Positions 25,266 through 41,193 of a stretch of DNA of 64,000 bases are shown piece by piece (position 1 is the first letter of the stretch; every line of letters starts with the position of its first letter). The stretch lies in assembly GCA_001687465.1 (NCBI GenBank), contig LVLI01000175.1, positions 62,001-126,000 on the forward strand, written 5' to 3'. The notes under the pieces were generated by a model. The model ran no database searches. It worked only from the letters and a program-made list of their open reading frames with translations, and was not told the DNA's origin. Position numbers and translations under genes: made by a program. The stretch comes from Halocafeteria seosinensis. Its lineage: Eukaryota.

Positions 25266-25859
25266 TCACGCTCGTCCCACAAACATCTGCTGTTGTCTGG
25301 GCTGTGCAATGCTTCCAACAGTAAACTGTACTCCTGCCATAGTGAATGTTGCCCTGCTGTTTTGACTACCTGTCCCCATCCCCTGAAGTCTCCTTTCTAT
25401 ACTGTTCGTGCTTCCTAACTCGGCTGACGCCGTTGTTGAGAACTCCCGCTGCGCCCGAGGTGTTTTCTTTTTCGTTTGCGGCGTAATTGGCGGTGCTGGC
25501 ATAATGCCAGCCTTCCAAAAGAGGAACGAAACAACGTCGCTCGGCTGTGCTCCGACAGATAACCAGTATTTGATACGATCTACTTTCATTCTGACCTCCT
25601 TGATGCCGTCTTTTTGGGAGGGGAGAGGGTCATACGTGCCCACCTGTGATACGTACAATAACCACCACAAACACATTACATACCGTGCATTTTTGTGGGG
25701 AAACACTGCAGTGGGTTAAGATTGGGAGGACTTATGCTTAATACGTACGTATTCTAAAGGCATCCCATCTCGAGGGCGTCGGGAATCGACTGCCACAATG
25801 CGATAAAAAGGGCGATTTCGCCCTCCAAATCGAGCTAATCGTAAGCGCACACGCCCCAT
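25266..25859 (-). CDS. MRPS16: Mitochondrial ribosomal protein bS16m with C-terminal extension
   Basis: [32 protein letters not shown]...VGTYDP...[13 protein letters not shown]. One intron. Confidence 0.92.
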
Positions 25860-26082
25860 ATTTAGAAACACATAAATATATACTTTTTTTCACATATCAA
25901 ACTTGTTGGTGTATCATCGTGTGATAAGCGAGTCGGAGTAGGTCCAGGACTAGGGCTTCTCCCCTCGCCTCAGAGAGTTTATTAGAGTACGATGGACCAG
26001 GGTTGTCTATAGCATATACACATCATTACCACTACCCATTTTATCGTGCATTTGTCTTGTAGAAAACGCAGAATAGGGGAGA

Positions 26083-27187
26083 ATGAACGCCATGTTTCAG
26101 CGCTTCTTCCAGCGCTTTCCTCTTTTGGTCCATGTAAGTACGAGACGGTGGACGTATTGCACACATTGTTGTGGTACTCTTCATGAACTGAGTTGCCTCT
26201 GGTTGGATGCGCGCACAGGTTGGAGGTGCTGCTGTCATGGGAGGCGTAGCAGAAGCGATTGATGACAGATGGGTGAAGCACCATATTCACACCATGACAG
26301 ATCAAATTGACGAGGAGTTAGTCGATAACCAAGATGAACAGCAGCAATCTAAAGGACAAATTTCCCACGAAACCACGGGAGGAGTACAGCCGAAACAAAA
26401 GCATAGCAACCGGAAGCAAAGTCATAGTTCCCAGCGGAACGACGAGAATTCCTCCTTCTGGGATAGTTACTTTGATGAAAACAACCAGCAAAGTACATAT
26501 TGGGGGCGTATTTTGGAAAGCTCTGTGACGTCAGCATTATTGATTGGACCCCTCGCTCGATTTTGGTATCCGTTTCTTCATCGCCTAACGCTCTCGAGGA
26601 GCTTGCTCAACAGGCCCGTGAATTTTAAAGTAGCATTTATGACTGCTATGGATATGCTTCCTTTTGCGGGTTCTACAATACTTAACATGTTATTTGTGTC
26701 AAGGGGATTCGAATACTTAGAAAGAATGGGGGTTATCCGCTTTCCTGATACACTGAAACGCAAGTTAGAAAAGGGTCTCGAAGCGTCGGAAAGGAACGAA
26801 GAGCACGTCATCGAGATTGAACTGTCAGAGATTATTGACCTCCAAAAGCTGAGAAAGTAAGTGTAAGATAGCAAGCTATTCTTCTCTGTTTCTTGTTTAT
26901 CTCTTGCCAATACGTCCATGCGCAGTCAACCGAAGATCCAAGAGCTCGCCATGGAGTTAAACGTCAGCATGGAGATGTCGATGCCACAGCTGTTGTGGCT
27001 GATCGTACCTACTCTTGCCGCAATAAATTTTAAATTTGTCCCCGTTGTATACCGCGGAATATTTGCGATGGCGAGCACTATCGTTTATCGGATTCCCGCA
27101 CACGTTGTGTTAGAGGACGACAGTCCCCTCAACCGCCTTGTATTCCATGCTCTGGAGCTACGCGGAGCCGGAGACGACGCAGAATAG
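26083..27187 (+). CDS. Mpv17/PMP22-family membrane protein (divergent)
   Basis: RFPLLVH..VMGGVAEAID, GPLARFWYPFL, KVAFMTAMD, AINFKFVPVVYR match the Mpv17/PMP22 pattern. Confidence 0.65.
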
Positions 27188-27232
27188 CAAAAAGACTAGT
27201 CGTTCTCTGGAAAGAAGTACTCCTTGTGATGA

Positions 27233-30183
<2,951 letters not shown>

Positions 30184-30220
30184 CCACCAATGGTAGACTC
30201 GATAGGTAGTAGCTCGAACA

Positions 30221-32622
30221 TCATCGAAGACTGGTGCTTTTCTCCTTTTTGTAGAAGTATTTTTTTGATCTGACAAAATTCCCTGTGGATGGTGTCTGGA
30301 TATTCGCACGGATCCCGTCAGAGATTGTTGACTCCAATACACTGCGACTTCTACTTATTGAATCGTCCAAGTACTTTGTCGGACTCGCTGCGCAAGCCAT
30401 AGGGCTTGTGACGCATAGACGCTGAAAAATGTTATCCACGGAATCTCCAACCATTGTAGGTGACTGGAGCACGTCCTTCCGACGAGGGCGCACCACGGGA
30501 GAAAGGATCTTCTTGAAACCAAAGCGTTGGGAACCTGTGGAGTCCTCCTCAGTCTTTACAGTAGGTGGTTCCCTTCTGTATCCAGGGTCGGATAAGTTGG
30601 TTTCTATGGCGGGTTGAAATTTCTTGTGCAAAGCCCTTAAGTAATCGTTAAGGGATAAGTATTCTTGATAACCGCTTGGCGAAGTAGGCTGAAAGCCGCT
30701 CCTCAATTTGCGTCCAAACAGATAGTTGTGCTTTGCTGCCAGAGACATCGCTCTGGTAGAAGGGGGAATCCCCGTCGCATCGTAAACAAGTTCGCCGAAA
30801 TAATCATTGGTTTCCTGTGCTCTTACTACTTCCTCTGGTACTCCCAACGAGTTGAATGTTTGGAAAAGTGTTCGAGATTTACCGTTTATGCTTGCTCTAG
30901 GGCTAGTCAGCGCTGTAGGTTCGCATTGATGGTCCCAAATGTTCTCAAATAAGGAACCATCCGTGTGCATGAAGTTTGTTCTTCCCTGAAGCTTCTGACA
31001 TAAGAAATCAACATACTTTTCGTGCCCTAACTGAATGAATAATTTATAGGCCTCGAACGAAGAATTCCACGGAAACCACCACGGGAGTTTCGCGGAAGAC
31101 TTGTTGGTTGTTGAATTTAGCTCGCTGGTTTCACTGAAGTTTAATGCGAATCGGTTGGCTCCTGGGAGAATTTTTTGTACTTTTCCGCGTGCGTGTACAT
31201 GCTTTAGCTTACCCCAAAAAATAACTGGCTCGCTAATTTGGAAACCGTCACCGCTCACTCCACCGAAAAGAAGGAAAGTATCGGAAGATGTTGATATAGT
31301 TACGTGATGCCGTCGCGAAGAAGGAAGGCTTCCCTTCTCGTGAAGAACTTTCCAGGTTCCGTTGTCCATGTTGAGGACGGATAACGCTCTATTCTCCCCG
31401 GATTCGTTTTGGCCACCGAGGAGATACATAAACAGGGAATTTCCTTTCAACAAAATTCCAGATGAATGCTCACACAAGGGGCCTGGATGTTGTCCTCTTG
31501 TCTGGAGCCGCGAACAGAAGCCAGTCTTTGTATCGCAAACATAAACGTCATCTGGACACATCATAAGCTGTGCCCCAAGGGTGGAAGATATCTTCCCAGA
31601 TTCTTCCTTCGCGGGATCAGTTAACCCTCCAAAAATGAAAACGTAAGTAGAGTTGGGATACTGCACTAGCACGCAATATCTGTGTTGCAAGGGGTATACT
31701 GTCATTAGAGAGGAAACCATGCTGGCTTGCTTACCAAGACGGTGGTGTGTCCCGCACGAGGACCGGGAACATCTCCATGGAGATCAATCTTTTTCCAAAC
31801 TTCGGAGCGTATGTCCAGAAAAAATGCGTCCCCGAGAACACGGTCAAGAGGGTTCCCACCGAGTCTATGTCCGTTGCCTCCGTACAGAAAGACCCTGTCG
31901 CTCGAATTGTAACACAAAGTATAACACCTCTCCGGCAGTGTCTTAATCGTCACAATACTCACCCTTCGAGCTCTGGAATATATGTAGCCGTATGCATCCT
32001 CCTGGCACATGGAGTGTGAAAGTCGGGCTTAATTGAGCCAATAATCTGATGACGAATTTCATTCTTCACTGTGTCAAGGACGTAGATCTGTGAACAGGAA
32101 GACTCCTGCCATTTCTAGTTCATAAACCACTTGCGCCTGCGTGATACGTACAGCGGCAGAAGTTCGTTCTCTTCCACGTTTTATCTTTCCCGTGATTCGT
32201 CCACCTGCTTAAATTTCCAATGGGTGCAAAATTCTCACTTGCTACCTCCATGTTATGCACGACATACCAATGATCCAAATGTCGTTCCCAATAGCGGTGC
32301 AAGTGTGACCAGCCAAAGTTGGGAATGCTCTCAGGGGCTCAATAAGTACTGGATCAAGGTGTTTCCACTTAATGTCGGAGCTTCCAGTCTGAGTCCCAGG
32401 TGAGCTCCCCACTTCAACTGTTGAAATATTGCTTCTACAAGAGTTTCCATACCCACCGATCAAGTAAAGCATGGAATCAATCATAACCGCTTGGCAGCAC
32501 ACTCGGGATTGTGGCGGGATTCCTTCGGGGGTAGAATAGCTCCATCGGATGCAAAACTCGTGCTCGTAGGATCCCTCTTCCTCGCAGTGTTTCCCAGATT
32601 GATTTCCAGGAGATGCCTCCAT
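30221..32622 (-). CDS. Kelch-repeat protein
   Basis: Repeated kelch motifs: LYLIGG, LAGHTC, VFLYGG, PGPRAGH, FIFGG, YLLGG, SRRHH..FLLFGG. Confidence 0.8.
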
Positions 32623-33030
32623 CTCCACTTTGTGACCCGTTGTCGCTATACTGTGTATGTAAGCAGTGACTACTTTCGAGCGCAGATTTAACGTATATCT
32701 GTCTTCTGCTTCGGGCCGCAAAGAAAAGACTACTATATTGGATCTTTTAATGTTCTAAGTAATAACGGAAGCTGGCGTCAATTTTGGCGCAGTCGAGCCA
32801 AGTACAATGACCCACCATGTTGGTTTAAGAAGATGCTTAAACAGCCACAATACTACCCTGGCACATTTCCATCGTCTTGCCAACTCCCGTGTAGCATTTC
32901 ACATATTACGTAATTTACGTTCGTGTAATTTCGTGGGGTCGAGTGTGAAGTTGCCATTGAAACGTACCCAAATATTGAGTTACCGGTATTCTCGGAAATC
33001 AATTTGCTGTTACTGAGTGGAGAAGCAATC

Positions 33031-33577
33031 ATGTGGGTCTAGAAACTGCCAGAATACGTAGTGGGCATCGAAGAGTCTATTTGCGTGTCAGTAGTGACCG
33101 TTGTTGCCGTAGATGTGGATGGAACTCGCTACAAACAGAGGGAATACTTGTTGACCGAGCACAGAACAATGGCGAATTACCGCAAATTTATATGATATGC
33201 CAAGGTGTCTGAGGAAGATTGCACGAGTAAACGAGGCGTTCAAGCTTGGTTGGAAGACAAAAGCCTTGTTGTGGAGACTGCAAACGATCCCATGGATGGA
33301 TCCCTGTGTACCGGGGGTACAGTTCCAGTGTACACAGAGCGGCTTTCCCTATGTTCTCCTAGTGTGCGCTGCTGACGCGTCGCAGCCTTCAGGATATTGC
33401 CATATGAATATGGAGAAATGGAAACGTGTTGGCTACCGAATTATTCCAGAATTCGGGAACGAGAGGAAAGCAGGGTCACCGGAGTCGGAGAACAGACGAC
33501 AAACTGTGTATGATGCGCTTGCTTTCTACGAGATGACGAAACTAGAGGATGATAGCCAACATGCCGAAGAACATTAA
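33031..33577 (+). pseudogene. Possible disrupted gene of unknown family
   Basis: ATG-initiated frame with in-frame TAG (33040) and TGA (33193), then a normal-looking intron (GT 33317, GCTGAC branch point, CAG 33385). Confidence 0.3.
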
Positions 33578-34080
33578 GTACAGTGCAAAGTGAGAGACGC
33601 ATTGGTATCCAATGGTACCAAGTAGAGTGATGTGGTGGGGAATCGTTATCAAGACTGAATCAAGGCTCGTGCCCAATCCGCGTTGGAATCAATTCCACCG
33701 GGGTGGCGGTACTTCATGATACGGTACAAGTGGATACCACATATGGATACCAACTCAACAGTGCTGTTCGTGTAATACATTGCTCCTACCGGAAGACGTG
33801 GTGTAGTGTTCCTTCCGCTTTCATTTCGCCGGGAGGCCATGATATCTCTCTCCGGATTTTCGCAAACCGTACTCTAGTGGTAATAGAGTGTCTCTTTTCT
33901 GTTCATTTCTATGTTTAATGAATACACGATCAACAGATTTTGTGGTGCAGACTGTGGGATATCAACTTCAACAACAGCTCCACTTGTACAACGAATTTGG
34001 TGGTACCCTAATCGTGCTAGTATATGTGTTGGAATATAAGGATAGTCATTGTCTACACAGGATCGCCTTTTACACGAGCG

Positions 34081-36805
34081 ATGGAACCCTGGCGCTGGCT
34101 GACGGATGATTCGGGTGGTAAGGAAATAGACGCAGATGAGACCAACACAGGTCAACTGGTGGCGGTACGTCCTCATGATATACGACGGATAGATACCATG
34201 TTTGGGTAAAATAAAATCAACTTTTTACGAATGTTCGTTTTGCTTTTTTTGTGGCAGGGGATATTGCTGTCGGTAAGTTCCTACAGCGTAAGAACAGGAC
34301 CAGGTACTCGATGACTCGATGTGGCGGTGCTCCAGATAGTTGCCAGCGTTGCCGGGAACTTCGGAGTCAATTTCCAGAAGTATGGATTCACTATGGAAGC
34401 GAGAAAAGTGAGTACAGAGTATAAAACTGGTAGGAACTCTGAATGTAATTGCGGCACGCTGAAATGCAGCCTGTGGAGGAGCGACGCCCGTACGGGAAAC
34501 AGTGGAGGTGGTGGCTAGGAATGCTATTAGTAGTTTTCGGTGCCCTAGGAGATTTTGCTAGTTTTGGTAAGCAATTTGCCGGGTACAACCTAGTGTCAAT
34601 GACTCATTAGTTGATGTCACTCAATGCAGCTCTGGGTACGTTCTCTTACCAAAATCTGTGCCACCACGGGGTTCCTGTATAGTAAGCGGTTAGCTGCGCA
34701 GCCCCCCAGTCTATTGTTACTCCGGTCGGATCCATGACATTAGGTAAGCAGTGCATATCTGGCAAATCATACGATAACTCCACTCATCCATGCGATATCA
34801 TTGTCATGCAGTGGCGAACTTGGTGTTTGGGAGATTCTGGCTGAAGGAGACACTCGGGAAAATGGACATCGCTGTATGTCGAATGAGTTTTTAGGTTATA
34901 ATCCCAGACCTTGTTAGGAATGCAGTGTAAAACAATGGAATATTATTGCCCACAGGGAACCGTTCTCATCGTCTCTGGAGCTACGGTTACCGTCGCTTTC
35001 GGAGTAAGTGTGGCATGGCTATCGCTTAGCGGCTTCTGATTGTCGATATGTTCCTTATGTACAGTCCCACTCAACTCCCACGTTAACACTAGAGAATCTA
35101 GTTAAAAGATACCATCAGTATCCAGTATGGATTTATTTCGGAGGATGCTTTCTCTTAGCTTCATTCTATTACTACAGCTTGAGGGCAGCGACGAGAATAC
35201 TGACTAGCCATGTTAAGGAGGCGGGGATCAAATTCTTGAATGGAGTGTTGTCCTCCGATAAGGATTTGAACAGCTGGAGTGATGAGGGTAGAGACCTACA
35301 GGAAAATATAAAAAGCGTCAAAGAAGATGAGGCCTACCCTGGTGAAGGAAACATGTTGAGTATTGAGGTCACGTTTCCTTCTAAAGAGATGTCGTCAGAA
35401 ACCCAGGCCACAATAGAGGCAGAGAACGAGGACAACAAGGGTAGTACGTTCGATATCAATGCTGTCCTGCTCGCAATCAGCAGACCGCCCCCCCAATACA
35501 AGAAGTATATCAGACTTCATCCGTTGTCGATGGCGGGACTGGCAGGAGTAATGGGTGGACAAAACACGCTCTTTGCTAAAACAGTTGCTGAAATACTATC
35601 GACGACTATTCAAGGAGATGTGCAACTTACTAGGCCTTTAGCGTATGTCTTCATAGGTGCACTCATTGCGAGTATTGTCTTGCAGCAACATTTTTTGGCG
35701 AAAGGTTGGTATGCATTCAGGGCTATCATTGTCAAGATTTTATACCAAGTTCTCAACTGCAGGACTGCAATATTTTGATGCGTTGTACATCGTTCCCGTT
35801 TTCCAAGCTCATTTTATCATAATTTCCGTAATTGTACGTTGCTTTGATTGCTTTGCTTGCATTCCTTCGAAAGTGCTAATACATGTTGCAGTCCGGAGGA
35901 GTAAACTTTAGAGAATTCGCGGAGTTCGCCACCGTATCGTGGGTGCTATTTCCAATTGGAGTACTGGTGCGTAAATGCTGGTATACGCTATGCTTTGGAC
36001 CCAGATTTGACTAGCCTCTTATGGCTTGCAGATGATTCTCTTTGGGGTATTAATACTGAGCGAGAGATCTATGGGAGCTGACGATTCCGGTTCTAGTGAA
36101 ACTGCTAGTCAGGCGGACTCGGGGACCGAGACTCCTGAGGCCATCATGTCGAAGCACATCCTTCAAGAAGGAGAAAGCATTACCCCTGAAGCTGCAGATC
36201 CTGAAAGCTCGGAAGAGCACTCCCCGGTTGAAAAAGGGAAGATTCGGGGGTATCCACGCCACAGAAAATTAACAATACTGAATACAATCCCAAGCTTAGG
36301 TATTGAAAACATACCTGGAGTAAAGCCTTGGGCACGACGAGATAGCTTGTTGAAGAAAGATTGGGCGAATGAGGCCCTCAATGAAATTGCTGATGCAGAC
36401 GGCGCCGTTGTTTGGGACACTGAACGTACCTCTAATGATGCGCAAAAGCCAACAGGCACCAGTCACCGAAAGAGATATTCATTATTCCCGGCTAGACACG
36501 ATCAATACTACAACAGCTTAGATAGGGCGGGTAGTATACACTGGGAGGACGTTGACGGCGTTAGAAATGGAAGCCAACAGGAAACAACCCACAGACGGAG
36601 GAAAACTACTCTTAGTGGGAGCAGGAGGTCATCCGTACTCGACCACGTGGGACGATCCGTAGCCCTCTTGCGGACGAGCTCCTTTGCAACTGCTTCGCTC
36701 AACCGTCAGCAGTCAAGTGCTGTACAGCCTCAAACTGACGAAACCGATGACGACACAGAAACGTCGTCAGACGATGGCAAAGTTGACCAGCAAAGCACAA
36801 TGTGA
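34081..36805 (+). CDS. NIPA-family magnesium transporter
   Basis: Spliced GILLSIVASVAGNFGVNFQK...WWLGMLLVVFGALGDFASFALAPQSIVTPVGS...FAKTVAE...GLQYFDALYIVP. More than 10 introns including micro-exons. Confidence 0.9.
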
Positions 36806-36916
36806 GCACGTAACGCAATATTCTATGAATTTTGTGGGGATATTCAATTTCATTGTCTACGGAGTCGGGAATTCCTGAACTCAAGGACCAGGAAAGTATT
36901 AGACATATGTAGTATG

Positions 36917-39900
36917 CTACAACTCCGTCCCAGCTTTCGCATTCCTCAATACTTGAATGGTTTCATTGGCTACGTCACTGTCATCAGTAAAGCGTTCCGC
37001 TACCATCAGTGGCGTTCTGCCGTGCTGCATGCATATTGTGGCAGTACGCAACATTTAGTACCGGGATGCCTCTATAGTACCCAATTGTTATTGACTTACC
37101 ACATCGGTTGCCTGTGTATCAGCTCCTTTACCAAGCAATAGCTCACAGAGCAGTGGATGTTTCCCCAGAGCTGCCTGGTGTAGGGGCGTTAAAGCATGAC
37201 CGTCAGTCGTGTGAACTGAAAAACCTTGGGACAAAAGCCACACCGTTGCGTCCATGCAACCTTGGCGTGTGGCGTAATGTAAAGCATTCCGTCCATTACT
37301 GTCTACATGAGAAAAATCAGCACCTTCAAAATGTAGTGCCTCTAGGGAGCTGATTTGACCACCGCGAGCAGCATAAAGCACTGCTGTACGTCCTTGAGAG
37401 TCTGTTTCCTCCAATTTTACCTCTCCTTTCTTCAACATTTGTTTCCATCTTTCAACATCACCTGCTTGGGCGGCATACAAAAATGTTTCTATTGTTTCCT
37501 TTGAGGGTTTTTTACTTGGAGACAAAGTGAGGCGTTTCTTAAATTTCTGTAAGAGGCCCTCCGAAGCCGGCGAGGAAGGCTTCGCCTCTAATACATCTTG
37601 AGAAGACGCTAAAGCGTGAAGATTTCGACTGCTTCTTCCTCCTCGAATCACTTTGACATCAGTTCCTGAAGTAACACCCAACCTCTTCACATCGCCAAAA
37701 GCCTCCGCGTCTGCCATCTTCTGAAGAAGTGAAGATGTTCGTTTCTCGTAATCCTCGATCGTCTTACGGCGAGTATGCAGTTCCGTAGCCACCACCTTCA
37801 AAATTCTATCTTGTGCTTGCAACCTCTTTGCTAAACCCAAAATTACCTTGCACGATTCCGTTAAAACTTCTTGTACTTCTTCAGAACAACTCTTTCCGTA
37901 CTTTTTCCCTATTTTGGATGAGTCCGACAACAAACCAATCTTCACGCGAGTTCGAGTCCATTTTCGTCTTCGAACGGCATCATTAGATCCTTTCATTCGG
38001 CGCGGTGCATCCCGCTTAACGACTGAGTTATTCAAATCGGCAAAGCTCTCCCCATATTCCCAGCCGTTGTGATCAACATCCACTTCTTGCTCAATAGACC
38101 AATCGTCGAGCCAATACCATGAGTTGTTCGGAAGACTAACCTCGTCCTTATGCTTCCGTACCTCTTCATTCTCGTCAGACCACTGAGGGGGATCATCAGG
38201 ATATAGTTCACTGGACCATCCCTTTTGCGGAATGTTGCGTTCATGTTCGAGACAGCTTTCTCGTACCCGCTCGAATTCTTGGAGATCTAGCAGACTATGC
38301 CGAGCATGTTCAAGAGATTCATGCAATTGATCCTGTCCGATTGCCGATCGGACTTTATCCTCTTCGTCGGCGTTGCCAGCATCTGTAAATCCGGAGGATT
38401 GTAGTTCGTCAGCGATGCCTTCGAGGATGGTTTCGTCCTGTCGGTCTCTTAGCTTTTCTTTGAGATGTATCACTTCTTCATCTAATTCATTCACTCGGTC
38501 TCGCAATTCATTGTTTTCGTCCATCGCCCGACGATAATTTTGCCTCAGTAGCTTAACGTCGTCGTGTGTGTTATCGGTCATGCTTGCGACGTCCTTATTA
38601 GCATCGTCTTCCCATGTAGCCGCGGTACCTTGTTCGTCGCCGTTGTTGGTATTCTCTTGTTGGTGAGCCTTCGAAGCATGCTGAAGCTCCTGCATTTGAT
38701 TTCGCAGATCTTCTATTTGCCTATCTTTATTGGTTTTCTGTTCTTTCAGTGACTTCAGCTCTTCTGAAGCTTCTTTCAAAACTTGCTTCAGGTAGTTTAC
38801 ATTCTGTTCAAGTGCTTCGTTACGTTTCTTGAGCCTTTTGGCTTCTTTTGAGGTAGGCTTTTGTGACTGCTGTTGCTGAGGCGAGCTTCTGTCAGATTCT
38901 AGCGATGTTTCACCGTCAAAAGTGTCTCGTTCATCTGCATCCCGCTTCTTGGCGCCAGTCGCGCTGCAAGAATCGTCTGTAACGGCTACATTAACTTCCT
39001 CTGTGCTAACAGCTTCACTTTTACCCTGGTCGGAAGCTGGCCCAGTGCCGTTACTATTGACATCTGTTCTCGGTCTACTATCGTTTTGTTGGGCATCTGT
39101 CACCAACCTTTCGTCGGAAGCTGGGTCGGTGCCGTTACCATTGACATCTGTTTTCTGTTTACTATCCTTTTGTTCGGCATCTGTCCTCAACGCTTCGTCA
39201 CTCTGCGACTGGTTTTCTAATGCCGCATTCACCGTGGGCTTTAAATCATCTGGTACATTACCCGTCTTAAAGGCTTCTACCCATTTTGCTTCTCGCTGTT
39301 CATAATCTTTAAGCCGCTTTTCAAGCACCGCTATATATCGTTTCATTTCCGCGGGCGATCGTTCCTGGAACAACAACACGTTGCGTGATTCGGGATAAAC
39401 CTCAGCAACAGAGGTCTGCTTACTTTGTTTATTACTGGGCGATTTTTGATGCTCTTGGCACGTTTCCCGAAGCGAAGCGTCGAGAGCGTTTCCATCTCGT
39501 TATAGCTGCTAGGACTGCAATTTATGATTAAGGCTGTCCGGGCGTTACCCCCCAAGGATTCTTGGAGCACCCGTGTTAACTTTGAATCACGATCTGATAT
39601 AATAAACGAGTAAAATTCAAAATCGGCGTGTGGAACGAAGAGCATAACGTAAACGTACAAGGTGTATGCTTCGACTTCGAATCCGTCAAAGCCTTGATGA
39701 CATTACCCAACGCAGATAATGATTGATTTATCTTCTTGGCCTCCTCCAACTGTTGACCTTCGACCCCTGCAATGAATACGCCGTCACACTACACAGGGTA
39801 TTATGGACCATCAGCGCCACTATATTAGCAATTCATACTTGTCTTGTTGACGGTCTCACTTCCGGCAAGGTCTACTAAGAAAAATTTGCCCGTCTTGGTG

Positions 39901-41103
39901 GACCCATCCTCCGTATTCTTTTGGATTAGCGTCAAAATGAATAAGCTGTGGCTTCTACTGCTTCCAGCATTCATACCGGTAGCAGCGGTGGCTCGATTTT
40001 CATTGCCCTGTGGAATGCGGTGGATATCCTTTCTCTGTTTCCGAGCAGCAAAACCGTAGCACTTACCTGTCTCATCACGTCGTAAGTTTCCGCCGCAGAG
40101 GCAACATATGTCTCTGTAGCTTCCTTAACGTACACCCCGTTGTCGGTATCTTCGCCAACCTGAATGAGCCCCGCTGCTCGTTATTTGAGAGCCGTTTCCT
40201 GAAGCACCTACTTGTTACGTACTTGCAAGTTAACTTTTTTTGGATCCATTAAATCCCGGATGCGTTCCATGTAGATTTCGACAAATGAAACCTTTACCAT
40301 AAATTCCATGCTGCGACCGATTCGAACAACTTAGCAAGCACTTCTTTTGAGAAAGGAAAACAACGCATCCAACTTACCATTCATCAGACTGCATGGTGAA
40401 GTCGAATATACGATCAATTACCCGCGGAATAACTCCTCGGCTTTCCTCATCATCTAGAGACGGACCGGTCATTGTGTACGTTTTCCCTGCTCCAGTCTGT
40501 ATCCCGAAGACCAACTACCATATCAGGTACCAAGTAGCAGGTACAAGGACGGCACGCAACCCACCTGTCCATATGCCAGAAGACAGCCGTTGTATCCTCG
40601 AAGAACGTCATCCACGATAGGCTTCCCGGCATATTCAAACACTTCGGCTTGAGTAGATTCCGTGTCGAAAACTCGATCTGGTAAAGTAGAAAAACAGAAG
40701 TATACGATGCTCGCACAGAACGGCAACCATGGTAGTCCCTACCAAATGCGAAGTTGTATTTAGAATCGTCCAGGGTCTGCGGGGTCATGAATGACTTTCG
40801 CCGTGACATAGTTTCCAGGTGAGTCCTTAAGTAACATCCTGCGCACCTTGAGCTGCACCGTGTTCGTTTTTTCGCCTTCATCAGGGATATTTACACTCGT
40901 TTTGCTGCCTGATTGAATTTCTCTGCTATCTAGAGGCCGGAATCGACAGACCACCTGCATCAACAGAGGGCAGACTAAGGACCCTCTCGGGCGTTAATTG
41001 GTGGAAACGTTCGTACCTTAATATTGCTGGCGCTAGTGCTCTGTTGCGGCTGCTCCGAAGAAGAGGAGGCCGACGACATACGACGGTGTCCTCTGCTCTC
41101 CAT
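36917..41103 (-). CDS. Kinesin-1-type heavy chain with coiled coil, DysF domain and ankyrin-repeat tail
   Basis: Motor motifs [71 protein letters not shown], splicing in frame (PVINK|ERSP) into the large 37100-39367 exon bearing DysF and ankyrin repeats. Confidence 0.92.
39029..39199 (-). repeat. Two-copy 84-bp (28-aa) in-frame tandem repeat in the kinesin stalk
   Basis: [24 protein letters not shown] / [24 protein letters not shown]. Confidence 0.85.
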
Positions 41104-41193
41104 TGTCCTTTGCCACTTGCAACTTCACGCACTCTACTCTCCGATACTGCGTCAGTAAACTAGTGAGAGGTCTCATCAATCTACCCTTGTAAA

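Noticed and set aside
33031..33200. Alternative genetic code or stop readthrough suggested by in-frame TAG/TGA
   Set aside because: All conserved genes translate cleanly with the standard code and use TAA, TAG and TGA as terminators; pseudogenisation is simpler.
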